This document shows positions 37,122-50,327 of a DNA stretch of 64,000 nucleotides, piece by piece. The DNA is taken from NCBI GenBank assembly GCA_002633005.1, contig NMRA01001012.1, positions 1 to 64,000 of the forward strand, given 5' to 3'. Origin of the DNA: Phoronis australis. Its lineage: Eukaryota; Animalia; Phoronida. The translations under genes were made by a program, and so were the position numbers. The notes beneath the pieces are model-generated. The model was not told the DNA's origin and ran no database searches. It saw only the letters and a list, made by a program, of their open reading frames with translations. Numbering within the stretch: position 1 is the first letter of the stretch; each line of letters opens with the position of its first letter.

Positions 37122-40100
37122 GGGGCTATTCAGAGAATTCTCCTCGCGGTGTCGCTGCTGTACTAGTGGTGATTGAATTGCGCATGCGTCACTGTTTGCA
37201 TGTAAACAACTGGTAAAAGATGGAATTGTTATCAAAATACGTCGTCGCGCTAAGCCTTATTACAGGTATTTTCCGTGGTGCACGTCTTCAACAGGTGGCC
37301 ACAAATTTCCAAAAGACCTAAGGTTACTATATTCGTGGACAATTGCGGTCAAAAGGGTCAGCCAACTGATAAAAGTGTGCTGAGGCCCCTTGTGTACTCC
37401 AAGCATTTCCATTTACTTGGTAAGTGTTTAGCAATCAGTTTCTATCAACATCGTTCGGTGATGTTATCCCCACCAGTTACTCCCACTGAATAACAAGACA
37501 AGTTTATTGATTGGAGCTAAGTGTTTCTTTTCGGAAACTCACCCGGAACTCGGATGTCGGGTAGGCTAGCAGCACATATTCATATTGACCTGGGTGGGAG
37601 TGCTCCCAAAATAAGAGGTGTATGGTACGTGACGCTCAGAAGTCAAGGGTGACTTTTTCTCAGCAGTTTCTCTTCAAAGCTATGCTGTGCCCTACAAAAT
37701 TCTCTAGATGAGTGAGTTTCCTTATTTTATAGCAGACCCCACCCCCAGGACTACCAGATTAGTTACCAAATTAACATGAATAAGCCTTTATTCAGTAAGT
37801 GTTGTAACATTGCATTGCAATATAAATATTTACACATAGAATGAATTTTGCTTGTTGAGATCAGAAGCACATTTTAAGTGTCATGAAAAAATACACATTG
37901 TTAAATCACGTTTAGCCCGCTTCACATATTTTGATTCAGATATTAAATAAGACTTGGGTACAAAGATTATTAGTTTCTACATATAAACATGAAGATGAAA
38001 CGTCAAGCATATTCTGCCTTACAAAAGTAATTTGTCTTGTGTTTTCTTTATAATTTGTTAATATTTCTCCCACTTTTCTGTTACAGGTGAGAGAGAACAA
38101 CTGAAAGCAACCGCCTGACCATCTATTTTACCTTTGGACAAAGTGAAAAGCAATCCTTCAGCAATAACCTGAGAGAAATGAACCTAATTCATAAATTCAG
38201 CACTTGATATGCCCGATTAAGGACTCCATTGCAATGTCGTTTCTTTGTATGTATGTATGTGCTTGTTCAGTTTGCCATTTTGTTTTTAAATACAGTGATA
38301 ATTGTTTATTCTGGAATCCCTTGCATAGCAGATACTTATCCAGTTAGCTACAATTGAAAACATAGTATTACTTTTCTTGCATGTGGAACTTTTGTTCATA
38401 GACAAGTTAACACAAACCATAAAATTGTTCAAAGGCCTTCTTGAAAAGCTCTAAAAATAATTACACACACAAACAAATCAAATGCAAACAAAGGGAATAC
38501 TTCATTCTGATCGCTAGACATTTCTATAGGTCAACAGGAAAATGACAATTCGCAAGCGTATTCGGTAATCACTTCAGCTTTATCAAGAATAAGCACAACT
38601 GCACTGTATGGGGCTTTAAAACTGAAGAAATATTGTGGTTTCAATAATTAGTGACAAACTTGCCTGTTGATTAAAAATTTATTTGATTATCAAAGTGTAG
38701 CATTAACAGGCTTTCTACTGACAATAAGACGATCGATGCAGTTACTGAATGTCATTTAACCATAATGTGTACGAAATTGAAAAGTTTTTACCATCAGTAT
38801 AAAGCCTTTCTTCTGATAGGAAAAGTTAATGTCACTCAGTGAGAAAGGACAGGTACTTATACCAGATACGTTTGGTTTTCATTTCACTGGGATCTAGTTT
38901 CAGTGGCCTATAGAAGCGCTTGTAAAAAGGTCCAGTTTCGGCATGTGGCTTTCTTTCACGTAACCTTATTCAGCCTCAATAACATCCACAATTAGACCCT
39001 TGAAGGTAATCATAACAGCAAATCACTTGAATCGTTTTGTGCCCAAAATTGGACCCTGAACTAGACCAGACTGTCACTAGGTCTTCTTTAGCTTCAGTCC
39101 CTCATATTTCTTCCAGGAAAGGAAATAAGCTATTGTCCACACACGACTCATTGCCTATTAAAGGGCATCCTCACCAACGAGGCTGACTTGTGTCGCAGTC
39201 AGATATATTTCCTCTTCATACACAAACAATCCACTGACACATTGTCTTATGGTAACTTAGTACTGCCATTCACATTTCTCCAGGGCCACTGTCTTCTACA
39301 TTGTGCCATGCATCACTGCTGGTGTGTGGAAGTGCTGTGGGAAGAGAACGGAGTAACAAAGCTTGTCTATGTTGCGGCTTGAAGTGGCCTTAAAATATCA
39401 CTGAACCTGAAACGAATGTTGAAATACGAATAATTAAGCACTCCAGGTTGGGTCAAAAATGCTACCCCTGTATTTCAAAAATATGAAATGGTGACTGCTC
39501 TACAATTTCACATAAAATTAAATTGTTACTACTTTCAGAAACCAAGGGTATTTATAATAAGTATTGCATAAAACTAGGTCGTAGCCATAACAATTCTTTA
39601 AACGCATCCATTGTCTGCAAAACATACATTTTTTGCGACAACTTCAAGCCTTTTTTGCCCATTTCAAGCCCTTTTATTTTTGATACTTTCAGCAATTTTA
39701 AACTCCGATTACAAATTCATGGGTCTGTCAAGCATACTTCTAGTCTAAGGCTGAGGGAACGGTTTCTCAGACTTTTTATTTTTCTTCTATAATAGAAGAT
39801 ATTGAAGACTTGGGACATTTAAAAATGATTGACAATCTTTCTGTTGTTTAACAGTAATTACAAATCGTCAGGCACTATCAAAAATGCAATTTTCACAAAA
39901 ATGGTTGTCATTTGAATTTGTAAACCACTTGCAACATTTCAAGGCACGAGTTCAGACTATTCAGTCTCTGAGAATTCAGAAAATGTAATATATTTTTATG
40001 GGTTTACAATTGATAGCAAAACAGGTTCATGAAATAAACTTGAAGGAACTTCATGAAGGTTAAGAATTACCTTACCATGCTCTTTCCCCCAGACATGTTT

Positions 40101-40967
40101 ACCTGTTACTTCCACACATTCAGTTTCACCAAATCTTACAACCCCAACCCCCTATGCCAATCCCTCGATAAGGAAATGAGTAAGTAAATTTAACAAAACG
40201 ACTTACATACCTTTCTTTAAGAATAGCTGTTCCTTTTCAAAGGCTTTGTTCGTTGTCTCCAATATAGAAGGTAGGCATTGACAACAGATCTGCACTGGAT
40301 GGGAGTTAAGATCTTGCTGAGCTACAGAAACCAATTTTTGTCAATTCTGGTACGGTGCAGCCCTCAAACAAAAAAACCAAAGGTCACGTGAAAACAGACA
40401 TGATAGATTTCCTATTTCAACGTGTAATAGATTTCCGGAAGACATATGATAGGAAGTAAACAAATAGTCTAATGCATATTTGCCATAGTGCTTGGATTGT
40501 AATCTTAACTCAATAACCAATATCGAGTTGACAGCATAAACATGCAGCATAGATTGATGTAACTGTCCCTGATAAACCTGTTAGAAATCATTCCGAACAA
40601 TAATCATGTTCTGATGTACGAAAAGATCCCGAGTTTTAAGTCAAGTGTCTTAACACGCATCACAACAAACAAAGATTAACCCGACTGGTGACTGCCGCTA
40701 AGTCGACATCGGCGAGTACCTCAGTTAACAGGCATCAGTAGAATAAACACAGAATAATGGATAAAATAATCACGAACCTTACCTTTGTATAAAGTCGTGC
40801 TTACTTCCTCTCATAGAAGCACCCTTTTTCCGCAATCTCAGATTCAGTTGGCACGGCTGCAAGCCATTTCATCATGTATTTAAAGGGCTCGCGAAATCGA
40901 GGCTGCTTAATCTATCACCACTAGTACACACGCGCCCTCTAGTTATTGTAAATTTCCGAATAGCCCC
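37122..40967 (+). mobile_element. Decayed ISL2EU-like (Harbinger-related) DNA transposon
   Basis: Termini GGGGCTATTC / GAATAGCCCC flanked by AT; subterminal TGTACTAGTGGTGAT / ATCACCACTAGTACA. Spliced THAP remnants on + (VYSKHF|gtaagt; ag|GEREQLKATA*PSIL) and exon-like remnants on - from the other end. Confidence 0.6.
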
Positions 40968-43949
40968 ATTGTTTTAATAGTCACCGTTCACATACTTTGG
41001 CATGTAAGCTCACTGTTAAGATTCCTAGACCCCTATATATTGTTTTACCTAATAACAGTTTCTAATTTTAAATGAAGCATACATATACAAGAAAACACGG
41101 TATTTGTGTTTTTCTTTCGTAATTATCAATAATTCGTACATTCAAGTGACTTAGCAAAGAGGGCAGAAAAGCGGACGATTTTGCAACAATGCAACTTACT
41201 TTTAAGTCACGATGCACATAATCAAAAACGTGTTTGCATAGTCAACTTACATTACGTGAATAGGAAATATTTTGACTACTGCGTGGATGGGGAATTGAGG
41301 AAGCCTACGTGCAGTTTATCCGGCAAGATGAGACTGGAGACAAGGCCAAACTAGGGATCGAAATCTAAACAGTGCACTATCGATGTTTATTGAAAAGGCG
41401 TTTATCACTTTTATCTATTTTAAACTTGTTTGGGGGAATTAGAATAAAAGCGTCGCAGGTAAAGCCCTCTCGTCAATGCAAAACTCGTCGAAATAATATC
41501 TGCAAATGAAGTAACTTGCAAGGCATGGCGCCCGTCACTGACAGACTTGTCCAATACTCTTATGTCGTTCACATGTTTGTTCAATGTGCCATTTTTTAAG
41601 TTCTGGCGAATGACGAATGCCTTCTCCCGTGGGAAAACAATTGTCACGGCGCGACTGGAAATGCTGCTGTCACAACCGTCACTACCACAGTGTCTCACAA
41701 TTGTCATTATTTATTCAAAAATACAAAAATATCGATCAACCTCAGACAGACAACAATGGCGAATGGCGTTAGCACCATCCGAGGCATTGCCTATCGACTT
41801 GCTATCAACAACATATACGAACGTGTAAGACGACTATAATACTTATACCATATCAACGTGCTGATTTATAGCAGCTCAATTATACATAAGTTTATAAGCA
41901 TTTCATAAGTTTACAGTTTAAGAGTTACACTGATATTTTTTTGAAGTGATTAAGTTTGATATTCCAGGGAGTCTGGCCTTTCGTTAAGATATCCCACACT
42001 CTTTTCTTACAAGGAAGAGTGGATAATTTATCTTTTGGGAACAATGTGAACTTTCATTAGAAATGTCAGTTTAGTATGACATAGTATGGGTATTGTATTA
42101 CTTTAAAAAGCAAGTGCTTTTACATGTAAATCGTGACATGTTTCATGGGAACTGCCCCAGAGTTTCTGACGTTTATTCTCAAATAACCAGCTCACAGCTG
42201 CATTCACAGGAAATCAGTACAGAGTTACAACAAAAGCTGGAATAGTACAGAAACCATACGAAATCGGAGAGCAGCAACGAATCAAAACAGAAGTGACAAG
42301 CATTTGCGTTTTATCTCTGCATTTAATGAAGATCGTTTCCGAGTAATATGAATTGCCTGACGGTAACCATTAGAACCACTGACAAAAACGTCAAAGGAGT
42401 GCGCTCCGGATACTAATTGCAGGCGTCATTGCTCTGAAAAGACAACGCATGGAGGAATTAAGTTTTGTATCAAGTCATGTGATTCTGATGACTTATCTTA
42501 ATGTCAGCTTAAGACAGAATGCCATCCCCCAATGTCAGAGGAAAAACAAAAGTCCTGTCCAGGTTTGAGCTCTCCATTGTGTCGGAGGTAGAAAATGCAT
42601 TGCATGACTGACCTACTTTTCAAAGTATTCTGAGTAGAATAGCACGGAGAGATCAATTCATAAAACACTGACAAACTTATTATCTTATGCGCACGGGACT
42701 CTTTTGTTTCATTAGTAGTAGGATTGGAGCATTTTAGAGGTGCTAATAGGACTTTCCAAACCCGGTTGAAGAATTTTATTTGGTCATAGAATTTTTATTT
42801 GAAAAGCAAAATTTTGGAAATGTTAGGACTTATGATGAAACTTTAAATTTCATTTGTCCGGATTACAAACATTTGAACTTATAATTGTATAAAAACAACC
42901 TTCACACCCCTTTTATATTCCTGTTCCATGTTTTCGAGCTTAAAACGAGTAGGTAAACTGACGCTGAAGTGCAAGATAGATTTTGCGTAGGTCTGGTGGT
43001 TATTTCTCGAGCATTAATGTTAACTTTATTTAAGAACTTAACGTTTTACGAGCGTTCAATTTACTTAAACACGGATGTGAGTTCGGCAAAATCGCCGATC
43101 CATATCCCGACAAAATGTACGCATTCTGCTGAGACAGTACCACCGCCTGATCAGGGCCGGCAAAGATCGCTCATTTGAATTATTCGCCTGCTACACTATG
43201 ACTGCAGTTCTTCGTAAGGACAGGAGTTCATGAACCACTATCGTTGGAAAAATTCACCGGATAATTTTCACCAAGCAGAAGTAAATGAAAATGGATATTT
43301 GAAGAAAAAATGAACTAGTACTTGAACCTCTCTGGTTCCCTGCGTGTAGATAACTCGCAGGTATCATTCAGTAACACACGCTTTATCACCGCTTGATGTA
43401 ACCTCGGCTATTTTGGTTGGCTTTGCAACAAAGAAAGAAAATGTCGGACTATCATCGATTTTTAGATTTGTCTTGCAAGAGGCAAAACTGCAACTATTTC
43501 GTTTCTGCAGTATTGTTCAATAACCGCGTGCTTCTAAAGCACATGCATGTACATGTACGATAAATACACATCTGGCCCGTTTAACTGGTGTGTTATTTAT
43601 TTTGTTGATGGAAAGCTGACAAATATATCATCGTATTTAAATATGTAATGTTGAAAACACAGAACCTGTGAACATCCGGAGTCTCGGAAGTTAGCTGTGT
43701 GCCAGCGTGCCAATTGTATTTTATTCCATTTCACAGTCGCTCTTGTCCCCCAAAACTGCAAACGTTTGAAAATGCTTAGGCGGGTGTTGCGCTGTTTTGC
43801 TGCAAACAATTCTCTTCGTAACGATCAACAAGGGTGATCCATAACGTCTCTTGTGACATTATGAGTCCGAAGAACATAAAATGCATGAATTATATAGTCG
43901 TGATAATTGGTAAACTTTGTCTATTCTCAACTGTGTACATTTTTTGCAG

Positions 43950-44044
43950 CTAAACTACAGGACTGCTCTGAAATCCCTGTCTCGAACATGCGGCATTTCT
44001 ATTGGAAAGATTTTGAAAATTACAAAGATTCAGGGACTTTGTTG
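43950..44044 (+). CDS. Exon encoding the N-terminal part of a CTHRC1 C-terminal-type domain
   Basis: (A)KLQDCSEIPVSNMRHFYWKDFENYKDSGTLL, compare CTHRC1 NWKQCSWSSLNYGIDLGKI. Acceptors at 43950 (phase 1) or 43961 (phase 0); donor TTG|gtatgt (phase 0). Confidence 0.72.
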
Positions 44045-45124
44045 GTATGTTCTCTTAAGGCCTGCGGGCATGATAATTTCAATTCTGTCATTGAATCTGC
44101 TGTGAACTGTTCTACACATCTTGTCTGTTTTCTTTAACAACAACTGTTTCAAACATGACAAAGGGTTAAATTTTCCCATCCTGTGAGTTGTTTAGGTGAC
44201 GACCGGAAAATAATTGGAAGTTTTGGGCTGGCGTCGTCGATCGAGCAATGCATATGAGCACGTTGTTTAATATCCATAGGCGATAGGTGTCCTGCAGATT
44301 TCTGTCCGATTTTAAGCTGTCAGCTGACCTCAGCTGCCATTGTTCAACATCCGGCCGGCGTCAGGCAGATTTATATTTGATTGTCTTCTAAATCATGTTG
44401 CAAAGGGTTGAACGAGCACCGGTTTCGCATCATATAAGTGTAGGCGCCACCTTCACTTTGATAAAAAATCTACCCGATAATACGCAGCGTTCTACTAGTT
44501 CGCGCCACGAACGCAATCGGCCAAACATGGCCCTATACATGTGATTTACGAATATCCCAAAGGTTGGGCGATGTTCGCCAACACGCAGGGCATAGACTGA
44601 TTGAACAATTTTATCGGATCAGCAAAACAGCGGTGGAATAGAGATTCCGAGGATGTATGGATGAGTTTCCGGAGAAAAGGGTTTGTACAACCGATAATTT
44701 ATTGACTGAAAGATCGCCAATATTCATAATCAGTAAAAACCTGTGCATTGTTAGAAATAATTGAAAATTCTGACTTATGAATCGCTGCACATCGGCATAT
44801 GTTGGTTATTATATCTGATATTGATCGGCTAACGTCCTCAGAATACTCTGACGAATTTATAGTTAGTCGACCTAAGTCAACAGCAAAACGAACGACGTCA
44901 AGTCAAAGTCCGGTAAATGACTGCCTGATTTGTTAGCCATGTCATCTCATTTCTTGTTTTGATCCTGCACGGTGCAATTCTTCCGTTGAAGACCACAGGT
45001 TTGACTCCTAGTGGTGACCGACTCTTTTCAACCACTGTCCTCAACAAGTCGAAGTTCATATGAATATGTAAATCTTAAACTTGCGTGGAAATCTATATCG
45101 CAAACATTTTTAATTCTTGTTTGC

Positions 45125-45190
45125 ACGTCACCTGTTGGCCACTGACAGAAAACAATCTGCCCCGACCGGCCCGGACTCGAACCCGGAAGT
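45125..45190 (-). repeat. tRNA-derived SINE head fragment
   Basis: Minus strand CCGGGTTCGAGTCCGG (Pol III B box) followed by a GC-rich body; no A box or cloverleaf seen. Confidence 0.45.
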
Positions 45191-46602
45191 TTGGTATTTT
45201 GAAAGACAATGAAAGAGAGAATAGTATCTTGTAGTACTTCCCAAAATCTACCAGCAGTCGACATATATAATCATTTTTACCTAGAAACTCATTGTATTGG
45301 TGTTGAATCATTAATTGGGCTATTAGAGTCCCTGTCACATAGTTAGCACGACACATACACGATATGGTTGCGACACCAAGCAGGAAAATTATGAAACGGT
45401 CGTAAGACTGTAGTACGACATTTTGGAACTTTACGATGCTAAATTTTCAAAATTGCTGTCGTTTAATGATGTGCGACAGTTATACGACGGCAGAACACCT
45501 GGTGTAGGACAATTGAGAGCCTCAAATTGGTAAGAATGTCATGCGATCTTACAATCGTCTTACGTAAGACGTACGATAGTCGAAAAATCGTTTCACCATC
45601 GTACGCTGTTTTGAATACACGTTACGAATACATATTCAGGGCACTTGGACTGGCCTGCTCGTACGCGGCTCTGGCAGGCTCGCAAACGTTTTCTTTTGCG
45701 TACGCTATTCTCCTGAGGACCGCTTTCCCCCTTTTTGTAGATATGTTTCTTTATTCCTGGACGGACCAACCTTCTTCCCTCACAAATTTTCAATGCCCGC
45801 GGTGTTACTTCCCACTCAAGGACAATTTCGTGGAACGAGCTCCTAGATTATTTTCGTTGCTGTTTCATAATGTCTTCAATAAAGTACGAACATCGTAAAA
45901 CAAATTGAAACTACCTGTCTCTCACTACTTACTGTGAATGTTATCAGATCTATCAAAGTTCATTGTGCCAGAAGTAGGCCAACGCTCGTTTTGCATTGCT
46001 GCTCTATCAGCCGATTTCATAAAGGTGGTTTAAGGTTAGACATGGTTTAACTGAACTTAGTGCAGTTTTAAAGCTGCATTTCACAAGGGTGGCTTAACTT
46101 TTAGAACAGTGGTCTAGTAAAACCTGATTTAACCCCAGTTTAGACCTGGTCTAATTCATTTTTCATTTCTCCAACGAGGTCTATACTCCTTAGACCTACC
46201 AATAATAAGATCTTAAACCAGGTTTAACTTTAGACCCAGGTTTATCTGTTAAGTATGGCAGACTTATTTGATATAGGTGCAACTGAATAATGCCGCCGTG
46301 TGAATAACGACGCAATTTTAGAGGGCTTTTAGAGGGGGGTCAATGAAGGACATTTTTAAAGGGGTGACCAAGTCAACAAGTTGAAAATTATAGATGTGAT
46401 ATCACTAAAATCAAGGGAAAAGGGGCCCTTGACTCCCTTGGATCAGCCTATGCGTAGACCAGTACGTGCTGGATGGTGTCCTGCGGATTCCTCAGAATAC
46501 AACTGGTCGAGCAGCGCGTCATCTTCGTAAGTGCTACGGGTTTGATTGAAGATAGCATCTTCTGATTGTTCTGAGTTCCACCTACATTGGTCTCCGACTT
46601 AA

Positions 46603-47994
46603 AGGCGAAGGCAACCTTTTTTCATGTCATTTTGAGCTAAAATAAAGTTGGTTGATTATCCTAGACATACTTTCCACTTAATTACAGCTTTTCGTAATTT
46701 TGTTAATTACTCGTCCGCTACTCCGGAAGTGACGTTTTAGGAGGCAAGCATTTCGCGCCAATTTCTTTTCATATAGTCTGACTGTGAGAGCTGCCGAGTA
46801 AATCATTGTTCTACCTCGGTTGTGTTAAGTTACGCCGTCGTTTGCTTTCATTTACTAATCGGTCAACATGCCACACTGTTGCTGCGTACCGGGATGTAAT
46901 AATTATCGTCTCACGCGCGCTTTGGGAGAACCTTAGCATCGCTTTCCGATGGATGACACACTTCGCCGTACTTGGCTCGTTCGTGTGAAGAACGCAGAGT
47001 TACCCGTCCACGCAACGTACGAAGCAGTCGAGAATTACCGTGTGTGTGGCAAGCACTTTCTGCCGTCCGATTACGAAAGGGATTTGTACGCTTAACTGAT
47101 GAAGGTCCCTGCGAAACAACGCCTGATGAAGGATGCCATTCCGTCTGTGTTAATTCCCGGCAGTGCCCCGTCGCCACCCCCGAGAAGTGCGTTTTTGAAG
47201 AGAGAAGCCTCGCGAGCTGTGGCCAGTACAGTGACTGGAGCCAGTNNNNNNNNNNNNNNNNNNNNNNNNNNNNNNNNNNNNNNNNNNNNNNNNNNNNNNN
47301 NNNNNNNNNNNNNNNNNNNNNNNNNNNNNNNNNNNNNNNNNNNNNNNNNNNNNNNNNNNNNNNNNNNNNNNNNNNNNNNNNNNNNNNNNNNNNNNNNNNN
47401 NNNNNNNNNNNNNNNNNNNNNNNNNNNNNNNNNNNNNNNNNNNNNNNNNNNNNNNNNNNNNNNNNNNNNNNNNNNNNNNNNNNNNNNNNNNNNNNNNNNN
47501 NNNNNNNNNNNNNNNNNNNNNNNNNNNNNNNNNNNNNNNNNNNNNNNNNNNNNNNNNNNNNNNNNNGTCCGTGAAAAAATTCCTCGTCACCACTGCTGTG
47601 AACAAGGTCTCCGTCACTCACACTACTGTCACTGTGATACGGGTCACCGACTCCAGCCATTTTCAGCTTACAACACAATAAACAATCCCTAAATCCAACG
47701 TAGTTGAGTTCTCTACTAACCTATCTTGCCGCAGAATACTCGCCGATGGAAAGTGGTGGTCACAGTTGTTGAAAAACAGCACAAAACAAAAGTAGAATAG
47801 AATAGATTCGCACGGTAAACTCAACGCAAAACCAAGTGGCGGGAAACGTTTGCCTCCTGAAACGTCACTTCCGCAGTGGAGGACGAGTAATTAATAAAAT
47901 TACGAAAAGCTGTAATTAAGTGAAAAACATGTCTAGGATAACCAACCAACCTTATTTTAGCTCAAAATGACATGGACAAAGGTTGCCTTCGCCT
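46603..47994 (+). mobile_element. Kolobok DNA transposon (probable deletion derivative; centre in assembly gap)
   Basis: TTAA TSD, AGG...CCT termini, ~150-bp TIRs. THAP domain from 46868 (MPHCCCVPGCNN..HRFP...W...VCGKHF...DAIPSV, two stops). A convergent acidic ORF start (MAGVGDPYHSDSSVSD) enters from the right end. Confidence 0.85.
47246..47566. other. Assembly gap
   Basis: Run of N. Confidence 1.
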
Positions 47995-48512
47995 TTAATG
48001 TTACCATGAAGGGTTCTTGTACCCCATTAGCCGAGAAAAATAAATACTAAAATGGCACGGAAATAAATTTGGACATTTATCATGTTGCGGCTAATCGTGA
48101 GCATGTACTTTAATGAGTGAACGTGTGTTGGACACAAACATTACATTTTTCTTCACGACAAAAGCTTTTAGACCTTTTTCGCAAATGTCTGCACTGATTC
48201 TACTAGAGTGTGTCATTGTATACCCACGTTGAAGGACTTAAATAGTTTCTTTGTTGGGTTAATCCAGATCGACACAACATCAGGGTGGTTTAGATACTTT
48301 AAACCTGATTTTACTAAAACTGCTCCCTGGTCGAAAAAAACAGGATTTTATACTTTTAAACCTCGTTTGTGAAGGTCTAAATTTAGACCAGGTTTAGGAA
48401 GACCTGGTTTTGTTAAACCACCTTTATGAAATCGGCTCTATTTGTTTACGAGCAGATAGCCCTTGATTCACATGACCCATAAGGTTAGGCCAGTGAAGAT
48501 TTCAATGGGAAG

Positions 48513-49220
48513 TTACTGACAGCAACCCGTTTACCAACATGAAAAGGAATTCTTTATAATTGTAGGAGAAATTACATGTTAATATTTTGATGACCTTTCC
48601 ACTAACTGACCTCTTCCGGTGCATTATGAGCCCCGATGAGGGAGTAATTGTTAATTAAAAGTGTGGTTAATGCTAATAATCACAGATGTTTTACTTTAAG
48701 CTCTTCAGAATACAAGATGAATGAAGTGGTCAAACTTTCAGAAGAAAAATGCACCTAATGGCCCCATGTTTGCACTAAATGACATGAAACTTTGGATTCC
48801 AAATTGAATTACGTGTGTCAATCAGACCAGTGAATTTGAAGTGTCTAGCTCAAAATTTTACTTTGCACCTAATGACCTTTGACCTGTTTAACCTGATTGG
48901 ATGACCCGATTACTTAGAAAAGTAGTTTTTTAAATTGTCTTATTGACTTATACCTGTGTACCGAATTTGAAAAGAATAGCTTTTGAAATAAAGAAGAACT
49001 AGCATTTTGAAAATTACATGACCTTTCCACCAAATGACCTCTTCCGGTGCATTATGGAATATGAATATATAATGAATCAAAATTTGTATACTGCCTAACA
49101 TCATATTTTAAATTTGAAGAACATACCTGCAACCATTTTGGTGTTATTAAACGTCAAAGTAGGCCGGAAGAAGAATAAGAATAAGAACTAGAAAGATTAT
49201 TGTCATGGCGTGACAATAAC
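48513..49220 (+). mobile_element. Non-autonomous Helitron/Helentron-like repeat, copy 1
   Basis: Internal TGACCTT motifs, (AAGAAT)n near the 3' end, terminal hairpin TTATTGTCA..TGACAATAA; 5' ~250 bp nearly identical to 49260 onward. Confidence 0.55.
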
Positions 49221-49259
49221 GGACTCTGCTAGAGCGTATTACTGGAATTATTAGGTTAA

Positions 49260-49900
49260 GTTAGTGACAGCAACCCGTTTACCAATATGAAAAGGAATTC
49301 TTTAAAATTGTAGGAGAAATTACGTATTAATTTTTTGATGACCTTTCCACTAATTGACCTCTTCCGGTGCATTATGAGCCCCGATGAGGGAGTAATTGTT
49401 AACTCGATTAAAAGTGTGGTTAATGCTAATAATCACAGATGTTTTACTTTAAGCTCTTCAGAATACAAGATGAATGAAGTGGTCAAACTTTCAGAAGAAA
49501 AATGCACCTAATGACCCCATGGGTGCACCAAATGACCTGAAAATTTAGAATTCAAGCTCAATCGCACTTAGTAAACAGATACGTAATTCTGAAGTCTAAA
49601 GCTCACATTTTTTAGTTTGTAGTCAATGACCTTTGACCTATTTTTTTCTGATTGGTTAGGCCTATTGCAAAGTAAAGTCTGGTATTCGATTGGCATTTTC
49701 ACTTATACCAGTGTGATGAAATTGAAAAGAATTCCTTGAAAAACATAAGAGATATAACATTTTGAACGTTACATGACCTTTGCACTAATTGACCCTATCC
49801 GGTGCATTATAAGCGTCTTAAGGAGAATTAATGCAAAGCCCATGGAAAATGTGGTTAACGTTGAGAATCACAGTTGTCCAACGGTTGACACATCAGAATA
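49260..49900 (+). mobile_element. Second, tandem copy of the Helentron-like repeat
   Basis: GACAGCAACCCGTTTACCAA.ATGAAAAGGAATTC... repeats 48518 onward; diverges after ~49520. Confidence 0.6.
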
Positions 49901-50128
49901 CTCGCGTGCACGAAGTTTTTCACCAGAAACATCTGGACATCTAATCAAACCTTACCCTGTTGCCGGCGTTCAAGCACCTCTGCAATGTACTCTGGCTGAC
50001 ACTGGGAATTCTGATATCAGCACTACTAATTGTAGCACGTTGCACTTCATGTTTGTATTCATTGGATATGGGACATTACATTATGGCCGGTGTCTAAGCT
50101 TTAAAATGTTTATTATATTGGTTTTTAG

Positions 50129-50327
50129 AGTGTACTCTATAGGAAGAGGTATAAATCTACTGGCCTGAGGGTTCAGTTCCGGGGAGTTTTACGAGGTGGC
50201 AAAAATAAGACTTCTGGTTGCAGCCGATGGTACTACAGGTTTGACAACAAAGAGTGCCAAAATCCAGGAACTATAGAAATAGTGTGGCGTCATGACATAC
50301 GTATGGACTACTATAGGCCTTCACGTG
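50129..50327 (+). CDS. Exon encoding the core of the CTHRC1 C-terminal-type domain
   Basis: Acceptor tttttag|AGT (phase 0); SVLYRKRYKSTGLRVQFRGVLRGGKNKTSGCSRWYYRFDNKECQNPGTIEIVWRHDIRMDYYRPSR matches LRVxFxGxLR...CxRWYFxFxxxECxxPxxIE; donor G|gtaag (phase 1). Confidence 0.85.

Larger units (their letters stand above)
46008..48438. mobile_element. Non-autonomous Harbinger-like element hosting a Kolobok insertion
   Basis: TIR AGCCGATTTCATAAAGGTGGTTTAA / TTAAACCACCTTTATGAAATCGGCT, TAT on both flanks, (A)AACCAGGTTT-type subterminal repeats. Confidence 0.7.
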
